Source: Dehalococcoidia bacterium
Lineage (GTDB): Bacteria > Chloroflexota > Dehalococcoidia > Bin125
Assembly (NCBI GenBank): GCA_022828105.1
Contig: JAJEJC010000001.1
Span: 174,090-238,089, forward strand
Direction of reading: 5' to 3'
Length of the DNA stretch: 64,000 nt
The notes beneath the pieces were generated by a model. The model had not been told where the DNA came from. It did no database searches and saw only the letters and a program-made list of their open reading frames with translations. Every line of letters starts with the position of its first letter. Positions within the stretch are counted from its first letter, which is position 1. Position numbers and translations under genes: made by a program. Shown here in pieces: positions 27,397 through 35,383 of this stretch.

Positions 27397-27460
27397 CGCC
27401 CCCCTTCAGTCACTCCGCGGCAGCTTCCCCCCGCAGGGGGGAAGCGAAGAGGGAGGGAGG
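27397..27460. repeat. Palindromic G/C-rich repeat element, copy F (same subfamily as E).
   Basis: ccgccccccttcagtcactccgcggcagcttccccccgcagggggggaagcgaagagggaggg, 30 bp upstream of the metF start. Confidence 0.75.
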
Positions 27461-27469
27461 AGGGTGGAA

Positions 27470-27853
27470 CTAGATGCAGGAGCGGGCCTGGGACGCGCCT
27501 TCGCCGCCGGCCGTGTCGAAGCTCGAACCGCAGGCGCAGGAGTGCGACGCGTTGGGATTCGAGATCGAGAAGCCCTGCTTCATCACGTCGTCGATGTAGT
27601 CGACGCGCGATCCGGCGATCAGCGGCGCGGATTCCTCGTCGACGAGGAAGCGGACGCCGTTCTTCTCGATCACCTGGTCGCCGGCTTCGGCGTCGGTGGC
27701 GAGGGCCATGCCGTACTGGTAACCGGAGCAGCCGCCACCGACCACGAAGACGCGCAGCGCGCCCTCGGCGAAGCCCTTGTCGACCAGCAGGGTCTTGGCC
27801 TTCTCGGCAGCCAGGTCGGTGACATCCAGCATTTCAGTCATCTGAAAGACCAT
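27470..27853 (-). CDS. HesB/IscA/ErpA-family iron-sulfur cluster insertion protein.
   Basis: FVVGGGCSGYQYG and the C-terminal NPNASHSCACGSSF carry the three conserved Cys. GAGAGGA ribosome-binding site before the ATG at 27853. Confidence 0.8.
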   Translation of the reverse strand: MVFQMTEMLDVTDLAAEKAKTLLVDKGFAEGALRVFVVGGGCSGYQYGMALATDAEAGDQVIEKNGVRFLVDEESAPLIAGSRVDYIDDVMKQGFSISNPNASHSCACGSSFDTAGGEGASQARSCI

Positions 27854-27943
27854 CGCGAGCGTCCTCTCAATGGATCGAGTACATGAGCAAGCATAGCGCA
27901 CCTGGCGGATCATCGTGCATCGCGAGCGACGCAGGCAGGGGCG

Positions 27944-27966
27944 GGCAAGCGGGTTCCTGCGTGAAG
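27944..27966. terminator. Hairpin repeat copy 3: TTCCTGC-GTGAA-GCAGGAA, downstream of nuoI.
   Basis: Perfect 7-bp stem with the same GTGAA loop as the copies at 1.5 kb. Confidence 0.4.
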
Positions 27967-27985
27967 CAGGAACTTGGGCGGCTGT

Positions 27986-28471
27986 CTAGTGGTGCTGGCG
28001 ACGGTCCGTGGGGTGGACGGTCTGCTGCACGGCTTTCTGGCCGTTGGGATAGACCCAGTCGTGCTGTTCGAGATACTCGTTGGCCAGCTCGATCAGGTCT
28101 TCCTTGTCCTTGTAGAGGCGGTTGGGGTTGGTGACGACGTTGGTGTAGGAGCCGCCGACCTGGATCGCCTCGTAGGGGCAGGCCTCGGCGCACAGACCGC
28201 AGTACATGCAGAGACGGAAGTCGATCTCGTAGCGATTGACGAGGAAGGAGCCGTCCTCACGCGGCTCGGTGTCGACCAGGATGCAGCCGTCGGGGCAACT
28301 CTGCGCGCAGGTCGAGCAGCCGGTACAGCGCTCGACGAACCAGACGAGGTTGGTGCGCGCGCGCGGCGGGATGTTGCGCTCTTCCTCGGGGAATTGCACG
28401 GTGACCACGGGCTTGCGCACGTGCTTGACGACGGTCATCAGTCCCTTGGCGATGCCTTTGCCGAAAACCAT
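27986..28471 (-). CDS. nuoI: NADH-quinone oxidoreductase subunit I (2x[4Fe-4S] ferredoxin, NuoI/Nqo9).
   Basis: CTGCSTCAQSCP and CMYCGLCAEACP motifs. 161 aa. Confidence 0.85.
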   Translation of the reverse strand: MVFGKGIAKGLMTVVKHVRKPVVTVQFPEEERNIPPRARTNLVWFVERCTGCSTCAQSCPDGCILVDTEPREDGSFLVNRYEIDFRLCMYCGLCAEACPYEAIQVGGSYTNVVTNPNRLYKDKEDLIELANEYLEQHDWVYPNGQKAVQQTVHPTDRRQHH

Positions 28472-28483
28472 GTCGCAATCCTT

Positions 28484-29191
28484 CTAGCGGCTGGTGTAGA
28501 AGTTCTGGTCGTGCGGCAGCGCGCCGGTCCACTTGTCACGCGGCTGGCCGTCGGCGCTGAGGAAGGGTGGGAACAGCGATTCCAGTTCCTGGCGGATCGG
28601 GTCGCCCTCGGGCAGCATGCGCGAGAAGTCGCCGGTCGGCTCCGGCCGCCGCTTGCGGCCGCCGTGGGCGTGCTCGTCGTCGACGACCTGCTGCAGCAGC
28701 ATCAGGCCGGCGAGCAGGGACTCGGGCCGCGGCGGACAGCCGGGCACGTAGACATCGACGGGGACGACGTTGTTGACGCCGGGCAGCGTCGAGTAGCCGT
28801 GGGCGAAGGGTCCGCCGATGTTGGAGCAGGAGCCCATCGAGATGACCCACTTGGGCTCGGGCATCTGCAGGTAGATGCGGCGCACAGGCGGCGCCATCTT
28901 CCAGGTCACGGTGCCGGCGACGATCATCAGATCGGCCTGTCGCGGCGAGGCGCGAAAGATTTCGGCGCCGAAGCGCGACAGGTCGTAGCGGGCGTTAGCG
29001 GTGGCGATCATCTCGATCGCGCAGCAGGCGAGGCCGAACATCGCCGGCCAGAGCGACGACCGCCGGGCCCAGCCGAAGACCTTGTCGACCGTCGAGACGA
29101 GGATTTGAGAACGAAGCTCGTCCTCGACATCGGTGACCGGGTCGAGCAGAGGGATCGGCGCCCCTCCAGTGTCAATCGTCGGAGAAACCAT
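28484..29191 (-). CDS. nuoB: NADH-quinone oxidoreductase subunit B (NuoB/Nqo6, N2 cluster) with a ~60-aa C-terminal extension.
   Basis: [20 protein letters not shown] and GCPPRPE are NuoB Cys motifs. Confidence 0.85.
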   Translation of the reverse strand: MVSPTIDTGGAPIPLLDPVTDVEDELRSQILVSTVDKVFGWARRSSLWPAMFGLACCAIEMIATANARYDLSRFGAEIFRASPRQADLMIVAGTVTWKMAPPVRRIYLQMPEPKWVISMGSCSNIGGPFAHGYSTLPGVNNVVPVDVYVPGCPPRPESLLAGLMLLQQVVDDEHAHGGRKRRPEPTGDFSRMLPEGDPIRQELESLFPPFLSADGQPRDKWTGALPHDQNFYTSR

Positions 29192-29318
29192 GCCAACTCC
29201 GTTCAGCCATCCGCGTCAGGATACACGAGCCTTCAAATTGTTCGCCGTGGGCGGGAGCGGCCAACCTGGGCGGCGATGGTAGGTGATCTCGATCGACAAG
29301 GGTGAAACCGCGCCTCGG

Positions 29319-29561
29319 TCAGGCGGGAACCTGCTCGATGTCGAGTTCGGGAAGCACGTTCCGCTCGCGCGCGTGCTCGATGGTCAATGCGACCGGGTTG
29401 CCGTCGCAGTCCAGCTCGAGCAGCGTTTGGTGATCGAGATCGACGATGTCGGTGATGCGTCCGACGGAGAAGACGAACATCAGCGTGTCGGTGTCCTTGG
29501 AGTAAATCCGATTCACTGCCTGAACCTTCCGTCGATAAACGCTGTCACTGACTAGTCGCAC
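29319..29561 (-). CDS. DUF2283-family small protein with a GTG start.
   Basis: IYSKDTDTLMFVF and DLDHQTLLELDCDGNPVALTIEHA match the DUF2283 pattern (YD...D.L...LD.DG.lvGIEi). Confidence 0.6.
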   Translation of the reverse strand: MRLVSDSVYRRKVQAVNRIYSKDTDTLMFVFSVGRITDIVDLDHQTLLELDCDGNPVALTIEHARERNVLPELDIEQVPA

Positions 29562-30111
29562 TCGGAGCTGGACCGCCGATGCTGCCCGTAGGCTTCCTCG
29601 AGCGCCGCATACTCTTGGAAGTACTTCTCCCAGCTCCCGGAGACGCGCTCGCGGAGCTTGCGGGCCTCTTCAGGGTCCATCGGCGGTCCGCCGCCTCGCA
29701 CCGCCTGGCCGACGGTCAAGAGCTTCTCTTCGTCCGGAATTGCGCGTCTCTTCCCGATCGCTGTCCACCCACTTTACTCCGCCAGACCGGGCCCACGCGC
29801 ACAGCAACCGATACAGCACCGGCGTTCTGACCGACGCTCCAATTCGGATATATCCTCAACATCGCGTCAACAGAGCCAATGTCGAGGATAACGTTCGGCT
29901 CACTAATGGCTCAAACTGAAGAACTCCCGTGAATGAAGAACATAGAGGCATCAAGCAAAGACCAGCACGGCGACTGTCGCCTAACAGACTCTCACGAGAC
30001 GGCTGCAGTCATTATACACCCTACTCGTTCCGGCCTCTATTCTAGACTCTTGAAGAACTGGTCTACCTCAATGCGGGAAAGTTCTGGGCCGGGGGACATT
30101 CTCTCCAGTTG

Positions 30112-30348
30112 TCATTGGCAAAGATCGTTCACTGCGTCTGCAATTGAATGGTAGTTAGCCGTGTTGCGAATCAACCCATCTTCGACTACGTGATTTCCAG
30201 TTGAATTCGTGAATCTCTTGTCATAGGACTTAGCGATGGAAGTGCCGCCAGCCCTGCCGATTGATTGGCCCTCACAAAAGACCTCCAGGACTCCATCACG
30301 TTTTTCGATCTCGAACTTCGTGTGTGCGTAGATGTACTGCTTCTTCAC
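30112..30348 (-). CDS. Hypothetical 78-aa protein inside a low-GC islet (GTG start).
   Basis: AAGGAA-like ribosome-binding site. GC is ~50 percent against ~67 percent for the flanks. No family recognised. Confidence 0.35.
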   Translation of the reverse strand: MKKQYIYAHTKFEIEKRDGVLEVFCEGQSIGRAGGTSIAKSYDKRFTNSTGNHVVEDGLIRNTANYHSIADAVNDLCQ

Positions 30349-30719
30349 TCTCTGTTCCTTAGCATCTCAGCGGGTGGCTCCATTGCGCATGAGCGTATCT
30401 AGGATTTCCTTATGTGCAAGCCTTCCGCTCGCGTAGCGACCGCCACGCTTGGGAGCCCTCGGTACTGGGCGGAGTGAGGTTGCCACCTGCCGCGCTCTAG
30501 TGCGGTCGATGTCCCATTGAGGTGTCGGTGCGAAGTGCGCGAGTGTCGTCCTGACTTGGAATCGTTTCTATCTCTCGGCGGAAGAGACTGCCGTGGCCAA
30601 CCAAGCAGGACCATCCCACCCGATACAGTGTCCCAATGACCGACTGGACCAACCAGCTCTACTTCAGCGACATCATCTCCGTCTTGCGGGAGCACATTGC
30701 TGACTGGTAGGCGGGTCGG

Positions 30720-31364
30720 CTACCGAGGTCGCCAGATTCGGTGGAGGTCGACGGTGAGGCCGGGGAGGACTTCCTCGTCCGATAGCTCGTTGGGGCGCTC
30801 CAGGAGGATTGGCTCGGCGTTGGGGCGATGGACCCAGACTTGCTGATTGAACGGGTCGACCAGCCAGCCGAGGCGGACGCCGTTGCGCAGCCACAGATCC
30901 ATCTTGGCCTGTGCTCACTCCAGTTGGTCAGATACCGAACGTACTTCAACCACAAAGTCGGGCGCGACCGGCAACGGGTCGCCGTCGAAGAGGTTGGCAC
31001 TCGCCATTCGCTCGGCGCTGACCCACGCGGCGTCGGGTACTCGCCGGTTGCCGTCGGGCAGCTCGAACTGTCCGCCCGAGCCGTAGACCATGTCTCCCGC
31101 GTCCGTATCCATCCAGTTGCCGATCGCCAGGACGAACGTCATGGCAATCCACTCGCTGGTGTGACCGCTTGGCATGTTCAAGATCAGCGCTCCCGTCTCG
31201 TCCACCTCAAACGGCACGGTCTCGTTCAGGCTGCAGAGTTCAAGCAGCTTCTCGTTGGTCAGTTCCCAGTCGGGCGGAAGGCGCAGGGCGAGCGGGCCGA
31301 TGCCCAGCGACGCCAGCAGCGCCGTCACTTCTTCAGCTTTGCTCTTGGGATGTGCCGCAACCAT
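30720..31364 (-). pseudogene. Uma2-family (DUF820) endonuclease interrupted by a single in-frame TGA at 30915-30917.
   Basis: The N-terminal ORF ends ...VVEVRSVSDQLE-TGA and the protein continues in the same frame as AQAKMDLWLRNGVRLGWLVDPF. It is colinear with the intact paralog at 33315-33989. Confidence 0.7.
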
Positions 31365-31373
31365 GTGGACAGT

Positions 31374-32168
31374 CTACCGAGCGCGTTCGGGCTTCCGGGC
31401 CCACAGCAGAATTCGCTTGAAGGGGTAGAGGAAGGGGCGGTCGTTGGGGAGGATGGTGAGGAGGCGGTCTCGATAGGCGGCTTCGAAGGCCTCGTAGTCC
31501 GGGGTCGGCAGGCGGTCGCGGTAGCCGGTCAGAAGCGAGCCCTTGACCCACTCGACGACGTCCTCGGGACCGGGCAGCCGATGCAGGTAGACCTGCACGC
31601 GGACGTGCTGCTCGGCGAATCCGAGCCGGGCGAGCTGCTCGGCGTACCACTCGGGCGACTCGATGGCGTGTCGGTAGACGAAGCCGTCGAGCGCGTCGGC
31701 GTGCGGCTGCTGCTGCGCCACCTCGCGGGCGACGGCGTGCGAGGGATGGTCCTCGTTAGCCGGCATCTGCACCGCCAGTTGCCCGGCGGAGCGCAGCATC
31801 GCCGCTAACCGGGGGAACAGCGAAGCATGATCTTCCACCCATTGCAGCGACGCGTTGGCGAAGACCAGGTCGAGCTTGCTCGCCTCGAACGCCGCGATGT
31901 CGCCTCGTTCAAAGCGCAGGCCGCTGCCGGCATACTGCTCCGTGTGCTCCAGCATCGCCTCCGAGCGGTCGATGCCGATCGTCTCCTCCGCCATCGTGCG
32001 GATGTGCAACTCCTGCGTCAACTTGCCGGTACCGCAACCTAGATCGACGGCGCGCCCGGCATACACCGGCTCGACCAAGTTGAGGAGGTCGTAGAACGGC
32101 TGCTCCCGCTCGGCGCGGAAGCGCGCATACTGGTCGGGTTGCCAGCCGTCGGGTCGTTGCGAGGTCAC
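31374..32168 (-). CDS. tam: Trans-aconitate 2-methyltransferase.
   Basis: VDLGCGTGKLT, LVFANASLQWV and LAVQMP match E. coli Tam closely. Confidence 0.85.
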   Translation of the reverse strand: MTSQRPDGWQPDQYARFRAEREQPFYDLLNLVEPVYAGRAVDLGCGTGKLTQELHIRTMAEETIGIDRSEAMLEHTEQYAGSGLRFERGDIAAFEASKLDLVFANASLQWVEDHASLFPRLAAMLRSAGQLAVQMPANEDHPSHAVAREVAQQQPHADALDGFVYRHAIESPEWYAEQLARLGFAEQHVRVQVYLHRLPGPEDVVEWVKGSLLTGYRDRLPTPDYEAFEAAYRDRLLTILPNDRPFLYPFKRILLWARKPERAR

Positions 32169-32185
32169 GGATGTGAGCCTAGCAA

Positions 32186-33361
32186 TTGCATCGCCCTAGC
32201 CTGAGACAACGCAAGGGACGGAGGCGGGCTGTCGTGGAACTGAGCTGGTCCGACGCACGCAGGCTGCGCATCCAGGCGCAGGGCCTGGGCTTTGAGCGCG
32301 CGGCCGATGTCGAGTCGGCGGTTCGCGCGGCCGGCGCGATCCAGGCGCAGGACCGGCTGGGGATGCTGCTCGGCGTCGGCACGCGATCGGTCGGGCTAAC
32401 GGCTGCCGACGTCGACCACGCGCGCAACGTGGAGCGGTCGGTGGTGCGGTCGTGGCTGATGCGCGGGACGCTGCACCTGGTGGCGGGGTCCGACTTCCGC
32501 TGGATGCTCGGACTGCTCGGCGAGAAGATGGACGCCAAGGCGCTTAAGCGTCGCGCCGACCTGGGAATCTCGGCAGACGACCACGCGCGGGTGCTGGAGC
32601 TCTTCCGCCGACATCTCGCCGGCGGAGGAACGATCGTGCGAAGCGAGATTCCCGGCGCGCTCGAAGCTGCGGGACTGCCGGCGGCCGGACAGGCGCCGAG
32701 GCATCTGCTGCGCACAGCCTCAATGCTGGGCGTGATCTGCTTCGGCGCCGATCGCGACGACGACGAGGCGCACGTGCTGATCGACGAATGGCTGCCCGAT
32801 CCGGGTTTAGAGCCGTCCGATCCCGCGGCCGAGCTCGCGCGCCGCTACTTCGCCGCCTACGGTCCTGCCACGGCCGCTGACTTCCGCTGGTGGACCGGAC
32901 TCCCCGCCGCCGACACGAGGCGCGGATTCGAGGCTGTCGCGGGCGAACTTGCCGAGGTCAGCGTCGAGGGAACCGCGATGTGGATGACGTCCGAGGCGGC
33001 TGCTCAGACAGAGCAGGTGCTGGCTGCGCCCGACCATCGTGTGCGCGTCGCGGGACCGTTCGATCCCTATCTGCTCGGCTATGCGAAGCGCGAATTGGGC
33101 GTGGCCGGTTCGTTGCTCAAGCGAATCAACGCCGGCGGGGGGATGATCCGCTCCTGCGTCCTGATTGACGGGCGGCTCGTGGGCACCTGGGATCGCAAGC
33201 GGCGGGCGCGCGGACTCGCGGTCACGGTGACAGCGTTCGAGGCGCTCTCGGACGAGGCGCAGTCGCAGCTTGACGCCGAGTTTGCCGAGATCGGACGCTT
33301 CCTCGGTACGGAGATCAACTGGTCTCTGGCGTTGGATCCTGCTGCGGCCAGATCCGAGTGA
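32186..33361 (+). CDS. Winged-helix HTH_42 (YcaQ/AlkZ-like) DNA glycosylase family protein. The probable true start is GTG at 32234 after a GGAGG site.
   Basis: RRLRIQAQGL is the family N-terminus. AGAIQAQD gives a Q-x-Q type motif. Length and overall architecture fit the HTH_42 family. Confidence 0.65.
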   Translation: MHRPSLRQRKGRRRAVVELSWSDARRLRIQAQGLGFERAADVESAVRAAGAIQAQDRLGMLLGVGTRSVGLTAADVDHARNVERSVVRSWLMRGTLHLVAGSDFRWMLGLLGEKMDAKALKRRADLGISADDHARVLELFRRHLAGGGTIVRSEIPGALEAAGLPAAGQAPRHLLRTASMLGVICFGADRDDDEAHVLIDEWLPDPGLEPSDPAAELARRYFAAYGPATAADFRWWTGLPAADTRRGFEAVAGELAEVSVEGTAMWMTSEAAAQTEQVLAAPDHRVRVAGPFDPYLLGYAKRELGVAGSLLKRINAGGGMIRSCVLIDGRLVGTWDRKRRARGLAVTVTAFEALSDEAQSQLDAEFAEIGRFLGTEINWSLALDPAAARSE

Positions 33362-33989
33362 AGTCGATGGTCAGGTCTTCGGCGATCTCGGTCGCCGTCA
33401 ATGACTCCGGCCGTTCCACCTGCTCCGCCTCTTGTTCGGGTCGGTAAATCCAGACGGACGCGTCGAACGGGTCGACCAGCCAGCCCAATCGCGCGCCCTG
33501 CGCGACCCACATCTCCATCTTCTCCTGCTGGGCAGCAAGCTGATCACTGGCCGACCGTACTTCAACGACAAAGTCGGGACACACGCGCCAGATGGTATGG
33601 CCATCACCGGCTATCTCTGCCAGTCGCGCATCGCTGATCCACGCGGCATCGGCCATCCGGCGCTCTCCATTCGGCAACATGAAAGTGGCGCTCGATTCGA
33701 ACGCACGCCCGTTGGCCCTGGTGTCACTCCAAATCAGCGTCTGCGAGTAGATGCGGCCACCCTGATCGCTGCTGTCCGGACCAGTCGGCGCCATGATCAA
33801 CAGTCCTCCCTCGCAGTCGGATTCGATCCGCCAGCCCTCGTTCAGGGCGCCAAGTTCAAGGAACTGCTCGTCCGTCAACTCCCAGAGTCGTGGCAGTTGC
33901 ACTCGAAGCGGAAATGCGCCGTCCGCAACCGCCCGCAATTCACTCGCTGGCCCCGCCGCAGGCGACTTGGGTCGTTCCGCCGTAACCAT
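33315..33989 (-). CDS. Uma2-family (DUF820) putative restriction endonuclease-like protein, intact.
   Basis: PDFVVEVRSASD and GARLGWLVDPFDASVWIYRP are Uma2 family hallmarks. Confidence 0.75.
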   Translation of the reverse strand: MVTAERPKSPAAGPASELRAVADGAFPLRVQLPRLWELTDEQFLELGALNEGWRIESDCEGGLLIMAPTGPDSSDQGGRIYSQTLIWSDTRANGRAFESSATFMLPNGERRMADAAWISDARLAEIAGDGHTIWRVCPDFVVEVRSASDQLAAQQEKMEMWVAQGARLGWLVDPFDASVWIYRPEQEAEQVERPESLTATEIAEDLTIDFTRIWPQQDPTPETS

Positions 33990-34013
33990 CGATTTCCTCC
34001 AGTGCCACCAATC

Positions 34014-35183
34014 CTAGACCGGCGACAGCGCGCGCAGCCGTGCCGTGATCTCCTCGATTGACCGCGCGATGCCCTGGATCTGCTCCTCGGTATTGGACTG
34101 GCCCAGGCTCAGACGAACGGTGCTGTGCGCGGTGTCGGAGTCGAGACCGATCGCCGAGAGCACGTGACTCGGCTCGGTGCTGCCCGTTGAACAGGCGCTG
34201 CCCGACGACGCCGCGAAGCCATCGAGGTCGAGCTGCAGCAGGATGCTCTCCCCTTCGACGCCGGGGAAGCTGACGTTGAGGTTGTTGGCCAGCCGGCGCG
34301 ACCAGTCGGAAGGACCATTCAGGCGGAGCGGATGCACGCGTTCGTTCAGTTCTCGCCACAGGCTGTTGCGCAGCTCGGATGCATGACCTGTGCGAAGCGA
34401 TCGTTCTTCTTCGGCCAGCGCCAACGCCTTGGCCAGACCAACCGCCTGCGCCACCGACTCGGTGCCTGCGCGGCGTTCCTCTTCCTGACCTCCGCCCAGT
34501 TGCAGCGCCTGCAGCGGCGTACGCCGCCTGACGTAGAGCACGCCCGCGCCCTTGGGACCGTAGATCTTGTGGGCCGTCAGGGACATCATGTCGACGCCCA
34601 GCGCGTCGGGACGGATATCGACCGCGCCTGCCGCCTGCACCGCATCGGTATGCACAATCGTGCGCCGGTTCCGCGCCTTCACCGACTGCGCGATTTCAGC
34701 AATCGGCTGCAGCGTCCCGATCTCGTTGTTGGCCGCCATGATGCTGACCACGGTGGTGTCGTCGCGCACGGCCGACGCCAGCGCGTCGGGGTCCACGAAA
34801 CCATCCGAGTCGACGCCCAGCACGGTTAGCTCGAAGCCCTCGCGTTCGAGCTGCTCCATCGTGTGCAGCACGGCATGATGCTCCGTGGCCTGCGTGATCA
34901 GGTGCCGTCCGCGACCCAGCTCGCGCTGCGCCAATGCCGCGCCGCGGATTGCCAGGTTGTCCGATTCCGTCCCGCCCGAATTCAGCACTACCTCCGACGC
35001 TGAGCATTCGAGCACCGCGGCGATCTCGTCCCGAGCTTGATCGAGGAGTCCCGCCGCATACTGGGCTTCGCGGTAGATTCCCGATGGGTTGCCCCAACCA
35101 AGTTCGAGCGCCGGGATCATTGCTTCCAGCACCCGAGGGTCCAGGGGGGTCGTCGCCGCGTGGTCGAAATAGGCTCGGTTCAT
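34014..35183 (-). CDS. Cysteine desulfurase (NifS/IscS-like class V aminotransferase).
   Basis: SLTAHKIYGPKGAG carries the PLP lysine, and SSGSACSTGS is the active-site Cys loop. Confidence 0.85.
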   Translation of the reverse strand: MNRAYFDHAATTPLDPRVLEAMIPALELGWGNPSGIYREAQYAAGLLDQARDEIAAVLECSASEVVLNSGGTESDNLAIRGAALAQRELGRGRHLITQATEHHAVLHTMEQLEREGFELTVLGVDSDGFVDPDALASAVRDDTTVVSIMAANNEIGTLQPIAEIAQSVKARNRRTIVHTDAVQAAGAVDIRPDALGVDMMSLTAHKIYGPKGAGVLYVRRRTPLQALQLGGGQEEERRAGTESVAQAVGLAKALALAEEERSLRTGHASELRNSLWRELNERVHPLRLNGPSDWSRRLANNLNVSFPGVEGESILLQLDLDGFAASSGSACSTGSTEPSHVLSAIGLDSDTAHSTVRLSLGQSNTEEQIQGIARSIEEITARLRALSPV

Positions 35184-35203
35184 GCGCTCAGCGTAACGGG
35201 TTT

Positions 35204-35317
35204 CGGAGCCTGCTCTCGGACCGGGGCCAACGCGTAACGCACGTTGGGCGGGCGCCGAGACGGGAACACGGAGTCGGGGACGGGGTGATTGTGCGCTGGT
35301 GGCGATCAGGGCAAATC
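35204..35317. promoter_or_regulatory. Divergent intergenic region with two exact copies of TCGGAGCCTGCT (35204-35215 and 35306-35317).
   Basis: A 12-bp direct repeat spaced 102 bp apart between the divergent desulfurase and NuoG-like genes. GGGGAGG ribosome-binding site at 35373. Confidence 0.3.
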
Positions 35318-35383
35318 GGAGCCTGCTGATAGACTGCGGGCTGATTCCGCGTGCATGCGCCCGGCTGCACCTGGGGAGGCCCT

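Noticed and set aside
26539-29305. Long + strand ORFs (26539-27822, 27974-29305).
   Set aside because: Antisense to metF, nuoI and nuoB. Repetitive G/R/A composition.
29579-29830. An 83-aa + strand ORF next to DUF2283.
   Set aside because: Leu/Arg/Pro-rich, and it overlaps a more plausible small minus-strand ORF. No ribosome-binding site.
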